Shown: positions 8,570 through 17,520, numbered from the stretch's first letter. The stretch: 47,359 nt of DNA from a virus (IMGVR_UViG_3300030376_007240:1-47359), one strand, 5' to 3'. Program-made: numbers and translations. The notes: generated by a model from the letters alone, not told the origin.

Positions 8570-10943
8570 TTATTCTTTCTCTTTGTACGGCAGTTCTTTG
8601 ATTTTGAATATTTTGTTGTTGTGCTAATTTTGCAGAGTCAATATTTTTTTTATAACTTAATTTTTCTTCTTCTAAGTTATGTCTTGCTAAGTCGTCGGCT
8701 GCATCTACATTAATCTTTTGTTGTTCTAATTGTAGTTCTTGCATCTTAATATCAACTAAAGGATCTTGTGTTTGACCAAACGGAATAGCCTGTTGTTCCT
8801 CTGCTACCATGTCATCTGTCATCGCAGCTATCTTGATAGCTACCTGTCTTTCAATTTCAGATTGGAACTGAGCTTGTAGTTCTGGAGGAATCTGACCACC
8901 GAACTTAGCATTTTGTTCTTGTATTTCTGCTTGGTTTTTCATCATCACTTCGTTTCTTGCAATAGCAGAAGTATGTTCTACGACATGTGCTTGAAGTATG
9001 GTTGCCACCTGAGGATTGTTTCTGACTAAATAAGAACTCATAAAAGCTCTGTGTGCTTCTATGTGAGCAAGGTGGTCTTGATCAGGAAATACTGTCAGTT
9101 GCCCCATCATCAATGCTTGTGAATTTTCTACACCGGGATCTATTGGCATAGGTTGTGGTGGGGGAGGTAAAATATTTTCTACGTTTTGCACCCCTAGGGC
9201 CATATACATTCTTCTGTATGCTTCATACAAATTATGAAGTTCAGGATTAGACTGTGCTAGTTGTAATTGTGTTTGTGCCAACATAATTCTCTGAGACATA
9301 GAGAAAATGTTTGGATCAGAAACGGGAATGACATCTACTCTTTCATCAAAATCTGTAGCTTTAATTCCTCTGTCTCCACCTTGAACGTCATAAGGATATT
9401 CAGAAGGAAGTGTTGTTGCAAATAATCTTGCTAGTAAATCAAATTCTTCTTTTTGTGCGTTGTGACATCTTTTGTGAATACCACTCATCACTTTGGAACC
9501 TTGTTCTAATAAAGCCATAGTGGTTCCTACAGGGTTGGCTTGCGATCCGTCTCCGACTTTCATATCTGCAATAGCAGCGAATCTTCTTCCTGCATCTACC
9601 ACATAACCTAATAATTGAAATAAAGTTCCATCAGGTCCTTTGTAAGGGAGAGGCATTAATGCATTTCTTAAATCTCCACCCGGTGCGTCCACATCTCGGA
9701 ACTCTCCCGGCATAAGAGGTTCTTCATCATCTCTGACTCTCAGTCCTCTTGATTTAAATCCAGCAGGTAAGTTGGATAATGTACCTGCATCTAACAATGC
9801 TCGCAGTGCAGCTGTTGCAGTTCTTGTTAAACCGCCGAGCATGTGTACTAAACCAAAACCATAAAATCCGAGACCAGGTAAAAACTTATAATGGACAAAA
9901 TATTTTTGTCTCATAAACATAGGGTCATTTGGTAGATAGTTTCGATAGATAGATAAAATTTTTCCGTTGCCTTGTTCCAGTGTTACAACGTAAGGTAATT
10001 TTAGCCCTGTGGGTTCTCCATCTTGACCGACGTCTTCGTAGCCCTCTAGATTCAAATCAACATGCATTTCTAATAATTCATATTGACCTGCGTAACCAGA
10101 TTTTTTGACACCTTCTAATTCGTCGTACTTTTCTTGAATGTCTGAATAAGAAGAATACAACTCGTCATTATCTTCCATATCAATGTCTCTGTAGAAACCA
10201 GATAGCATTTGTCTCTTCAAATCATTCGGAGAAATTTTTATGACGTGAGTAATTCTTTCTGCATCGTCTAATTCTGATGCGCCGTAGTTGACAACTAAAT
10301 CTTCACTGGGAATGAATTTTGCACAAGGTCTTCCCATGTTGCTGTCGTAATAAACTTTTTTAAATGCACTTCCTGCTAGAGGCAGGTGAAATAAAAGTTG
10401 ATCCATTTCAGGGTCATACTCTTTCATCTTGTAAGTGATTTGATAGTTCATAAACTCCTTCACTCGCTCGGCTTGTTGTTCCACCTCAGGAGTAGATAAT
10501 CCTAGAATAGAAGTTTTAACGGGACCGCCCGCAGGTAGAAGTTCTTTATAAGCTCCTGCTTGAAACTGCGTGACGGCCTCGGCGAGTAGTGGATGAGAAA
10601 CTGATGCAGCGCCCCTGAAAGGTTCACTGACTTCTGTATATTTGAAACCTAATAAATCTAATCCTTTGATGTAGGATTGTTCCCAATCTTTTCTTGATGT
10701 TTGATCGACCGAGAATTGTGATCTCAGTTCGTTTGAAATTTGTGCTAGTGTTTCTTCTGCAATGCTTTCTGCTAAGTTGTTGGCGAATCCGTCCCCGGTA
10801 TCCGCGGGCACCGGCCCAAGGCTAACGGGCTCATCGCCCTCGACCTCTACTTCCATAGGAGTATCTTCGGTTACTGCCTCTTCTACAATTTCTTCTTCGA
10901 CACCTTGAGGTGCTTCGTTTAAAGTTTTATCTATTTCCGCCAT
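8550..10943 (-). CDS. Portal protein
   Basis: 797 aa directly after TerL; [32 protein letters not shown] motifs; coiled-coil C-terminal barrel. Confidence 0.9.
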   Translation of the reverse strand: MAEIDKTLNEAPQGVEEEIVEEAVTEDTPMEVEVEGDEPVSLGPVPADTGDGFANNLAESIAEETLAQISNELRSQFSVDQTSRKDWEQSYIKGLDLLGFKYTEVSEPFRGAASVSHPLLAEAVTQFQAGAYKELLPAGGPVKTSILGLSTPEVEQQAERVKEFMNYQITYKMKEYDPEMDQLLFHLPLAGSAFKKVYYDSNMGRPCAKFIPSEDLVVNYGASELDDAERITHVIKISPNDLKRQMLSGFYRDIDMEDNDELYSSYSDIQEKYDELEGVKKSGYAGQYELLEMHVDLNLEGYEDVGQDGEPTGLKLPYVVTLEQGNGKILSIYRNYLPNDPMFMRQKYFVHYKFLPGLGFYGFGLVHMLGGLTRTATAALRALLDAGTLSNLPAGFKSRGLRVRDDEEPLMPGEFRDVDAPGGDLRNALMPLPYKGPDGTLFQLLGYVVDAGRRFAAIADMKVGDGSQANPVGTTMALLEQGSKVMSGIHKRCHNAQKEEFDLLARLFATTLPSEYPYDVQGGDRGIKATDFDERVDVIPVSDPNIFSMSQRIMLAQTQLQLAQSNPELHNLYEAYRRMYMALGVQNVENILPPPPQPMPIDPGVENSQALMMGQLTVFPDQDHLAHIEAHRAFMSSYLVRNNPQVATILQAHVVEHTSAIARNEVMMKNQAEIQEQNAKFGGQIPPELQAQFQSEIERQVAIKIAAMTDDMVAEEQQAIPFGQTQDPLVDIKMQELQLEQQKINVDAADDLARHNLEEEKLSYKKNIDSAKLAQQQNIQNQRTAVQRERINASKKR

Positions 10944-10957
10944 TTAATCTTTATACC

Positions 10958-12442
10958 TTATGATCCATAAAAAGCAATCTTACGCTTCGGTCTCCAATCC
11001 TCTACAGGTTCATCATCTTCGTGATGTAATGCACCAAATTGTCGATAACGCATCAATGCTTGTGTCATGCTATCAACGTAGTCATCGTTTCTACCATAAG
11101 GGAAAGCTGCGCATTCTTCAATCAATTCTTCTGCCCATTTATACGGAGGATACCAAATCATTCCACTTTCAAAAAGAGGAGATACCGAGTTGACTCTCAC
11201 CATTTTGTCATTTCCCCTACTTGGTGTGAAGTTAATCACTGGAATTCCCATAGCTTGAAGCTCGTGAGTGAGAGGAAGACCACTTGCTTTTGCCTCAATG
11301 ATGATTTGTTCGGGTTTCCAGTATTCGTTTTTCTCTAATGCAATTCTTTTTAACTCTGGAAAGTCCCATCTTCCTCGATCTGCTTCCATTAAGAGAATAT
11401 TTTGCTTACCTGTCACCTCATTATAGAAAATTCCCCACGTTGTAATCGCTGAATAGTCCGATGTTGTCTTGGAAGAGAAGGCTGTATCGTAACTTTGAAT
11501 GATATATTGCAAAGGTGGCTGATCTTTCTTCCATTCTTGCCACCATTCTCGCTTAATTATAGAAGTTTCTTCAGAAGTAGGCTCTTGTTGCCACTGTGCG
11601 TTCCATTTGGCTATGGGCAGGGAGGCGCGGACAGCTTCTAATTGGTCTTTTTTCCAATATTCTGGCCATTGTGGTTGTCCGTTGTCCATGATCGCTGGAA
11701 AATCTACTATTTCCCACTTATCTGCCATCGGATCTTTCGCTTGAGCCTCCATTAATCTCTCTGTTAAGTCATCTTCTGACCATCTGGTCATGACTACAAC
11801 GATACTTCCCCCCGGTTGAAGACGCTGACGAGGTCCTGAAGTGTACCATTCCCATGCATTTTCCATAGAAGTCTTCGAAAGTGCGTCTTGCTCGGAGTGT
11901 GGGTCGTCGATAATGAGTAAATCTGCACCACGCCCGGTTATCGAACCACCGACACCTGCTGCGAAGTATTCGCCCCCATGATTTGTTTCCCATCTTCCTG
12001 CTGCTTGGGAATCTGCTCGTAGCTCGGTGCCCGGGAACACGGATTTATAATCTGTTTCATTCATCAAGTTTCTGACTTTACGGCCAAAACGATATGCTAG
12101 CTCGGCTGTATGGGTGGTTTGGATAATTTTCAATTTAGGGTTGTGCCCCATCATCCAAGCGGGGAACAGATAACTGGCAAATTCAGACTTAGTGTGTCTA
12201 GGGGGCATATTCACTATCAATCTAGAAATTTTTTTACTCTTGATGGCTTCTAATTTCTTAGCAATGATTTTATGGTGCCTCCCCTCTACGAAGTCGGGCC
12301 ATATGGTTTTTACAAAATTGGTAAAGGAGTCCCTAGAACTTCTTGCTGATTCTAATTGAACTTTCTTAAGCTCTAACTTCTTCAAGAATAGCAAACGCTC
12401 TTCCTGAGACATCTGGCTCAGATCTGATTGAAAATCGCTCAT
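10958..12442 (-). CDS. terL: Terminase large subunit
   Basis: Walker A variant MPPRHTKS, Walker B LLIIDDP, coupling motif MTRW, nuclease SYDTA...DYSA...DDYVDS. Confidence 0.95.
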   Translation of the reverse strand: MSDFQSDLSQMSQEERLLFLKKLELKKVQLESARSSRDSFTNFVKTIWPDFVEGRHHKIIAKKLEAIKSKKISRLIVNMPPRHTKSEFASYLFPAWMMGHNPKLKIIQTTHTAELAYRFGRKVRNLMNETDYKSVFPGTELRADSQAAGRWETNHGGEYFAAGVGGSITGRGADLLIIDDPHSEQDALSKTSMENAWEWYTSGPRQRLQPGGSIVVVMTRWSEDDLTERLMEAQAKDPMADKWEIVDFPAIMDNGQPQWPEYWKKDQLEAVRASLPIAKWNAQWQQEPTSEETSIIKREWWQEWKKDQPPLQYIIQSYDTAFSSKTTSDYSAITTWGIFYNEVTGKQNILLMEADRGRWDFPELKRIALEKNEYWKPEQIIIEAKASGLPLTHELQAMGIPVINFTPSRGNDKMVRVNSVSPLFESGMIWYPPYKWAEELIEECAAFPYGRNDDYVDSMTQALMRYRQFGALHHEDDEPVEDWRPKRKIAFYGS

Positions 12443-12489
12443 CTTTTGTGTGTATATTTATATACTAGCATACGTACTATGTACTACTG

Positions 12490-12518
12490 AATTTAGGGTG
12501 TACCCCCTTCATTGTCAA
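12490..12518 (-). promoter_or_regulatory. Sigma70-type promoter upstream of terL
   Basis: Minus strand TTGACA - 17 nt - TAAATT. Confidence 0.6.
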
Positions 12519-12555
12519 TTAGATAGTATTACTTCGTAATTCCTTAGTATCTCTT

Positions 12556-12594
12556 TAACCAAAAAAAATTTCATTCTTCAATTTTTTTTGGTTA
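12556..12594. repeat. Perfect 15-bp inverted repeat with 9-nt spacer
   Basis: TAACCAAAAAAAATT (12556-12570) / AATTTTTTTTGGTTA (12580-12594). Confidence 0.85.
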
Positions 12595-12682
12595 GGTGGC
12601 GCAGCTGAAATTCGCATGCACAAGGGTTTTTATTTGGGAGTGAGGCGCTCCCACACCAAAGGCGCAGGAGCAGGAGCAGGAG

Positions 12683-13477
12683 TTAAGCTTTCAAATATTT
12701 TTTATAATCTGAAATAATATCGACTAATGGATATGTACAATCACTTTCAATGCACTGATCTATAAAATTCTCAATATCTGACTCCGACCAATTTGATAAT
12801 TCTTCATTGGTAGGAATAAAATTGTAATCGTATTCACGATTGTAATTATTCCATTCTTCAAGATCATAATTATAATTAAAATCATAACTAATTTTTGGAG
12901 AAGATATTTTTTGTATATTCCAATAATCATTTGAAAACCAATTCGCTCCCCTATAATTTCCTTCATTCTCATTAATGATAATAAACTTTTTTGTCTTACT
13001 ATCTAAAAATAAAAACTTGTCTTGATTAATATGTTGTTCTAATTCTTTTTGATAATCTTGATTTAGAATTACATTTGGGTTTTGTTTTAATATTGGTTTC
13101 AAATAGTGTTCGTTATAATGCCAAGTATCAGAACAGTTTTTATGAATTAATGGAATTGGTAATCTTGCTCCATTGTGCATTAAACCAATAGTTCTTTTAT
13201 CATCTTGATAACTAATAAAGGGATGACAATTTTTTTTGTTTGTCTTGCCTTCTGTTGTAAATCTAAAATGAATGGCAATTCTATCAGTTTCATTTTTATG
13301 TAAATTAAAAAAGTTTTTTACTTCTGTGAAATTGTTAGGCACAAATTTCTCAGAAATAAATTGATCTTTTTTATTTATATACATTACTCCAAATCCGTTT
13401 TGGTTTCTGTTATATGCAATCTCTAAATCTTTATAATTTATAGATTGGATGTCGTTCGCTAATATTATTAAACACAT
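12683..13477 (-). CDS. Class II (Ntn) glutamine amidotransferase
   Basis: N-terminal M-C, NQNGFG, HFRFTTEG, NCHPF, MHNG, SDT motifs. Confidence 0.9.
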   Translation of the reverse strand: MCLIILANDIQSINYKDLEIAYNRNQNGFGVMYINKKDQFISEKFVPNNFTEVKNFFNLHKNETDRIAIHFRFTTEGKTNKKNCHPFISYQDDKRTIGLMHNGARLPIPLIHKNCSDTWHYNEHYLKPILKQNPNVILNQDYQKELEQHINQDKFLFLDSKTKKFIIINENEGNYRGANWFSNDYWNIQKISSPKISYDFNYNYDLEEWNNYNREYDYNFIPTNEELSNWSESDIENFIDQCIESDCTYPLVDIISDYKKYLKA

Positions 13478-13479
13478 TT

Positions 13480-14802
13480 TTATTCTTCGCTTTCTTGTTG
13501 TATTAGTTCTTGGTTGTTGTTTCTGAAATCATGAATAACAGTTTTAAAATCTGTATAAACTGTTTCCCATTCTTGAATATTTTCTAAATGATCAAAATGT
13601 TTTTTGTCATCTAAAAATAAAAATAGATTAGAAAATTTCTTATCTATGTTTTTTAATAACCAATCAAAATAATATTCCCAAGTAATATTTTCTGAATTAT
13701 CTTGATTTGATGATCTTATCCACTCATTAACAGTGTGAACAAATTCTAAATATCTGAAGAAAGAAATTTGTTTTAGATTTGATCTAAAAATTCTAACTTC
13801 AACAGTGTTAATATTATTAAAGTTAATAACACGATATTTATAAGCATCTCCGTCTGTCTTTATTGGACAATCAAAAGTTATTGAAGGTACAAATCTACAA
13901 TAATTATTTTCATTCCTCCCTGCAACATCAACAATAAGATTTTTATTTTTAGGATGATTATAAAAACAATTTAATCTTTTCAATTGATTTTCAGTAAATG
14001 CGTTTCTATTAAAATGCCAGTGAATACCACATTGATGACCTTCGTATGCTTTACAGTATTGAGCAGGCTTTAATTCAAAGAAAGCATTCCAAAATATCTC
14101 TTTGTGATAATCAAAAGAACAAGGTGTGGTAGACATCTCAAAACCTTTCTCTGAGTCTAGTGAACCATCTCTTTTACAAATGACATTTTCTACTTCTAGA
14201 TTGAAACAATCTCTAAAATTAGAAACAACATCATTTCTATTTTGATCTCTATATACTTGGAGTTCACATTCCCCACCATAAAAAAGAATTGAATTTTCTT
14301 TTCCGTGAAAATGTTTTTCATTTCTTGTGTTCCATTCGTCTAGATTACTTTCTTCACTTTCTCTTTCTTCATCACAATCACAAAAATCTTCACAATGATA
14401 ATCTGTGTCACATACGTCGCAATACCTAGTATTCGCTTCATAACATGCCTCACAATAAACTAAAGACCTGCCGTCAACAGTTCGTACATCATCATTTTGA
14501 AATACTTCTTCGCAATCATCACAAGTGAAATAACTTTCTGTATATGAAGAAACACAAATTAAGTCATCGCAATTTGTTCGAATTATATTTGATCTTTCTT
14601 CACATTCTACTTGTTCGTGATACTCACAATAGAAAACCTGCCAATCTAATCTATTTAATGCAGGATTAATAATTCTAAATAATCTTTTTCTATAAGTAGA
14701 ATTATTTCTTCTTTCTAATCTTTGATTGATATAATCAACCACTTCACTAGATGACCATTGTTGATTTTCAATGATCGCTTTCTTTATTTCTCTAATATTC
14801 AT
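13480..14802 (-). CDS. Amidoligase-like enzyme (COOH-NH2 ligase, glutamine-synthetase-like fold) with Cys-rich N-terminal repeats
   Basis: GGECE, KRDGSL, GFEMSTTP, CGIHWH, YRVIN, TVEVRIFRS motifs; several CxxC repeats. Confidence 0.85.
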   Translation of the reverse strand: MNIREIKKAIIENQQWSSSEVVDYINQRLERRNNSTYRKRLFRIINPALNRLDWQVFYCEYHEQVECEERSNIIRTNCDDLICVSSYTESYFTCDDCEEVFQNDDVRTVDGRSLVYCEACYEANTRYCDVCDTDYHCEDFCDCDEERESEESNLDEWNTRNEKHFHGKENSILFYGGECELQVYRDQNRNDVVSNFRDCFNLEVENVICKRDGSLDSEKGFEMSTTPCSFDYHKEIFWNAFFELKPAQYCKAYEGHQCGIHWHFNRNAFTENQLKRLNCFYNHPKNKNLIVDVAGRNENNYCRFVPSITFDCPIKTDGDAYKYRVINFNNINTVEVRIFRSNLKQISFFRYLEFVHTVNEWIRSSNQDNSENITWEYYFDWLLKNIDKKFSNLFLFLDDKKHFDHLENIQEWETVYTDFKTVIHDFRNNNQELIQQESEE

Positions 14803-14895
14803 AATTGTTTTTTCCTTTCTGAATATTCTTACTTGATTATATATAAAAAATCCTGTAATTATATAGTTAATTTAAAAAAATATTCGGAGTAAAAA

Positions 14896-15042
14896 ATGAT
14901 TAATAAATCAATGACTGTTAAAGAAATTGAAAAAAAAGAAATTGAAATGACAATTCGATATTGGGAGGGAAAAATGAAATATGCTAAAATGCGAATTGAA
15001 GAGAATAAAAAAAAAATTGAAGCCAATAAAAAAAAATTATGA
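14896..15042 (+). CDS. 48-aa charged helical peptide
   Basis: GGAG SD at 14886; hand translation MINKSMTVKEIEKKEIEMTIRYWEGKMKYAKMRIEENKKKIEANKKKL. Confidence 0.55.
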   Translation: MINKSMTVKEIEKKEIEMTIRYWEGKMKYAKMRIEENKKKIEANKKKL

Positions 15043-15381
15043 GATCCATTTGGTAATAAAATATGACCAATCACACGCCTGACACAGCTTTTACTAGTAA
15101 TAAATTATTACTGTCTTCAGGGCATACGCCAGGGACTCCTGAAAATTTTTTTTATTTTTTAAACACAATCTCAGGCGCAAGCACACAGTTGCAAGCACAA
15201 GCAAAAATTCAGTCGCAAGCACAAGCAGAGGCTCAGGCACAGCTGGCCCCGGTCTGGGTGATGGAAGCTCAAATAGTAATAATTTATGACGGATCAGAGC
15301 TGATCTGGCAGCTTACCTGGTAATAATTTATGACCATTTAGTTCTTGCCGGGTGCAGCTGTTTATGCTATATAATATCCCA

Positions 15382-15460
15382 TATCGAAACACGGTCCACG
15401 ATAAACGGTCCGTGTCTAGGCTCACGAGTTGAAAGAGTCTACTGAGGAGAAACTCAACCG
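15382..15460 (+). ncRNA. Type II hammerhead ribozyme
   Basis: C-GAAA (15385-15389), stem III CACGG/CCGUG, GUC triplet with cleavage after C15416, stem I UAGGCUC/GAGUCUA, CUGAGGA (15442-15448), G15449 pairing with C15385, loop I/3' tail pseudoknot GUUGA/UCAAC. Confidence 0.88.
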
Positions 15461-15549
15461 ATACTTATAGGCGCTATATCCTAGTTAAAGCTTATATGTG
15501 TCAGCCCTTGAAAGATTACTAGAGGCATCGAGTTAGGGCACACAACAAA

Positions 15550-15569
15550 GGGGAGTTTTATAACTCCCC
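15550..15569. other. Perfect 8-bp stem-loop in the leader of the 65-aa ORF
   Basis: GGGGAGTT-TTAT-AACTCCCC; no U-tract on the plus strand. Confidence 0.65.
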
Positions 15570-15606
15570 TACAACACAAAGGAGAGCACACAAGAAAGGA
15601 CAAAAG

Positions 15607-15804
15607 ATGATTACAAAAAAACATCTTAAAGAGTTGGCCGACATCGTACACAAGGCTCAGGCACAGGCTCCTGAACTTGCAGAGGAGGTCAAAAGCTTTG
15701 CGAAGCGACACGCCCCCAACTTCTCCGAGTCACATTGGGAAAGCTACATGATCAAGAAAGATGAGGAGATCTTGAAGAAAGCTGGGTGGCTCAGATCCAA
15801 ATAG
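15607..15804 (+). CDS. 65-aa hypothetical protein downstream of the ribozyme
   Basis: AAAGGA SD; MITKKHLKELADI...APNFS pattern. Confidence 0.7.
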   Translation: MITKKHLKELADIVHKAQAQAPELAEEVKSFAKRHAPNFSESHWESYMIKKDEEILKKAGWLRSK

Positions 15805-15877
15805 TAATAATTTATGACGGGCCGGGGTCAAGCTGCCCCGGTCCCAGTTCAGAAAAAAAATAAAAATAAAAAATTAA

Positions 15878-16450
15878 TCAAGGAACATGCACAAGCACAC
15901 GCCTGATCGCAGGCTCAAGCACATGCGTCCAGGGCTGACGGATCACGAACAAGGGTTCAACCTCTTTGTAGTTAGTCACAAGCTCACGCACAAGCGCCCC
16001 CGGCCAAAAGAAAATAGCCCTCTCTTCGATGCCCTTGGCCATAATAAAATTGTCTTGGCAAAGAGAATAACGCTTAATATTCCATGAAATTTGAAAGGGC
16101 GATAAGTCTAGTTTGTTTCCTTTTGTTAGCTTGAGTTCGCACCAAAAAGAAATGTTTCGTTTTAATTTATCATCAACAAAAACACCAAGTAAATCAGGGA
16201 TACCGGGTGTGCCATATGTTTCCATACGAGTCCAAGATATGTTGGGAGTTATTGATCTAACATTCTTCCAAAAAGTCGATTCCTTTCCTCGCTTTATTTT
16301 GGAACCTTCTTTCTTTTTTTTGTCTTTTGATAATAGTTTTTCTCGTTTCAATAATACGAACTTCTTCTCCTTCGACAACGACAAGTCGGACACCGATTTC
16401 TTTTTGTTTGGGTTTGAGTTTATTGCCTGTTCCTCCAATGGATTTACCAT
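15878..16450 (-). CDS. PD-(D/E)XK nuclease, Holliday-junction resolvase/VRR-NUC-like; true start probably downstream of 16450
   Basis: E..FW, RMET..TPGIPDL, WCELK, LSPFQISW motifs. Confidence 0.75.
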   Translation of the reverse strand: MVNPLEEQAINSNPNKKKSVSDLSLSKEKKFVLLKREKLLSKDKKKKEGSKIKRGKESTFWKNVRSITPNISWTRMETYGTPGIPDLLGVFVDDKLKRNISFWCELKLTKGNKLDLSPFQISWNIKRYSLCQDNFIMAKGIEERAIFFWPGALVRELVTNYKEVEPLFVIRQPWTHVLEPAIRRVLVHVP

Positions 16451-16640
16451 TAACTATTGTGCTTGGTCCTTTAGATGTTTTGACATCAAATAAATGTGCC
16501 CTACCATTGTTGGGATTGATAACAACAATATCAATTGGTCCTTGCTCACAAACATTATTGAAAACGTAATAACCTTCTTCAAGAAATTTGTTGATCGCTT
16601 TGTTCAAGCTTATCGTTGCTTTGTACTGTCTCGGATTCAC
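16257..16640 (-). CDS. Small PD-(D/E)XK endonuclease
   Basis: GYYVF...GPIDIV...FDVKT pattern. Confidence 0.65.
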   Translation of the reverse strand: MNPRQYKATISLNKAINKFLEEGYYVFNNVCEQGPIDIVVINPNNGRAHLFDVKTSKGPSTIVNGKSIGGTGNKLKPKQKEIGVRLVVVEGEEVRIIETRKTIIKRQKKERRFQNKARKGIDFLEEC

Positions 16641-17184
16641 TTTCCTCCAATTCAGTAGGGGGGCTGTCGATGATAGCCGTTTTGCGTAATTGTTGCAACA
16701 TGTTATCCACTTCGTCCAAAGTTAAACTATCAATTCCTTTTCCTGATGTTTTTTCTTTCTTCTCATAATAGCCAGCTGCTTTCCCTCTACTAATCTCTGC
16801 TGCCAAAGCAGTCTTTAAATCTGGCTTCATTTCAAAGTCATTGACATCATTACTTGAAGGATTTTCTGCACGCAAACCAATCTCGTGGAGCCTACGCATA
16901 TGTGTAGCAGGAGATATCTTGTATTTGTTCCAAAGGTCTTCTTGCAGTGCTCTGATATAAGCATGAACCTTTGGAAATTCTTTTGGACTTTGCAGCTTTG
17001 ATGCGGTTATTCTTGCAGAGTTTTCTGCATATCCTGCCAGTATTGCACATTCTGTTGCAGTCTTTCTATTCTCTTGAGCAACTAAATGCTCGGCAAAAGA
17101 TATTTGCTTTGGAGTCAGTTCATCTCTCATTTCTGCAAGTTCTTTTGTTAAAATTATGGGGTCACCTGGACTTCTAAATTTCAT
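16579..17184 (-). CDS. terS: Terminase small subunit
   Basis: LTPKQISFAE...ATECAILAGY..SARITASKL HTH; GKAAGYY motif. Confidence 0.85.
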   Translation of the reverse strand: MKFRSPGDPIILTKELAEMRDELTPKQISFAEHLVAQENRKTATECAILAGYAENSARITASKLQSPKEFPKVHAYIRALQEDLWNKYKISPATHMRRLHEIGLRAENPSSNDVNDFEMKPDLKTALAAEISRGKAAGYYEKKEKTSGKGIDSLTLDEVDNMLQQLRKTAIIDSPPTELEESESETVQSNDKLEQSDQQIS

Positions 17185-17257
17185 ATTATCCTCTATAAAG
17201 AAGAAATTTTATCAAATCAAATAAAAAAAATATACAAAATAGATCAGCGAGCCCCCT

Positions 17258-17410
17258 CAGAAGAGTATGTTGTTCTTCAGAAGAATGAGTTGAAGAATGA
17301 ATTATTTGCTTACTATTATTGATATACTTGATTAATAGCTTGTCGAAGAATGAAAGAGTGAGATTTGAAATATTTTAAAATATTTTTTTTATTTTGTAGA
17401 AATTCTTCTT
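17258..17410. repeat. GAAGAATGA direct repeats with adjacent AT-rich tract; candidate replication origin
   Basis: Exact 9-mers at 17280, 17292 and 17345, degenerate copy near 17260; nearly pure A/T at 17368-17395. Confidence 0.45.
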
Positions 17411-17520
17411 CTAAGGGGTATTCTATTCTTTGTCCGTGGTTCGTGAGCATTGATTCGGCCTCCTTTCGACGAATCTGTTCTTTCCTCCTTTCTTTTAACA
17501 TCGCTCCCCTACCACGGGCA

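Larger units (their letters stand above)
15053..15818. repeat. Five dispersed copies of a 15-bp pseudo-palindrome GTAATAAWWTATKAC (operator-like)
   Basis: Copies at 15053, 15097, 15276, 15320 and 15804; the last three are identical GTAATAATTTATGAC. Confidence 0.85.

Noticed and set aside
14859-15074. 71-aa hydrophobic minus-strand ORF
   Set aside because: Reverse complement of an A-rich plus-strand ORF that has a proper SD.
15085-15140. Minus-strand CUGAAGA as a second hammerhead
   Set aside because: The following stem is not followed by GAAA and no stem III/UH arrangement fits.
15063-15323. 86-aa plus-strand ORF with QAQA repeats
   Set aside because: No clear SD; the low-complexity peptide is explained by the DNA-level GCNCAR repeats and palindromes. 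Not called, though not excluded.
15053-15820. Repeats as a mini CRISPR array
   Set aside because: Repeats are only 15 bp (23 at most), spacing is irregular (44, 179, 44, 484 bp) and no cas gene is present.
15819-15870. GC-rich hairpin as an intrinsic terminator
   Set aside because: The hairpin is real but is followed by an A-tract on the plus strand and lacks an immediate U-tract on the minus strand, so it is not canonical in either direction.
17316-17501. 61-aa minus-strand ORF
   Set aside because: Crosses the repeat and AT-rich tract and has no recognisable motif; left uncalled although a GGGAG lies upstream.
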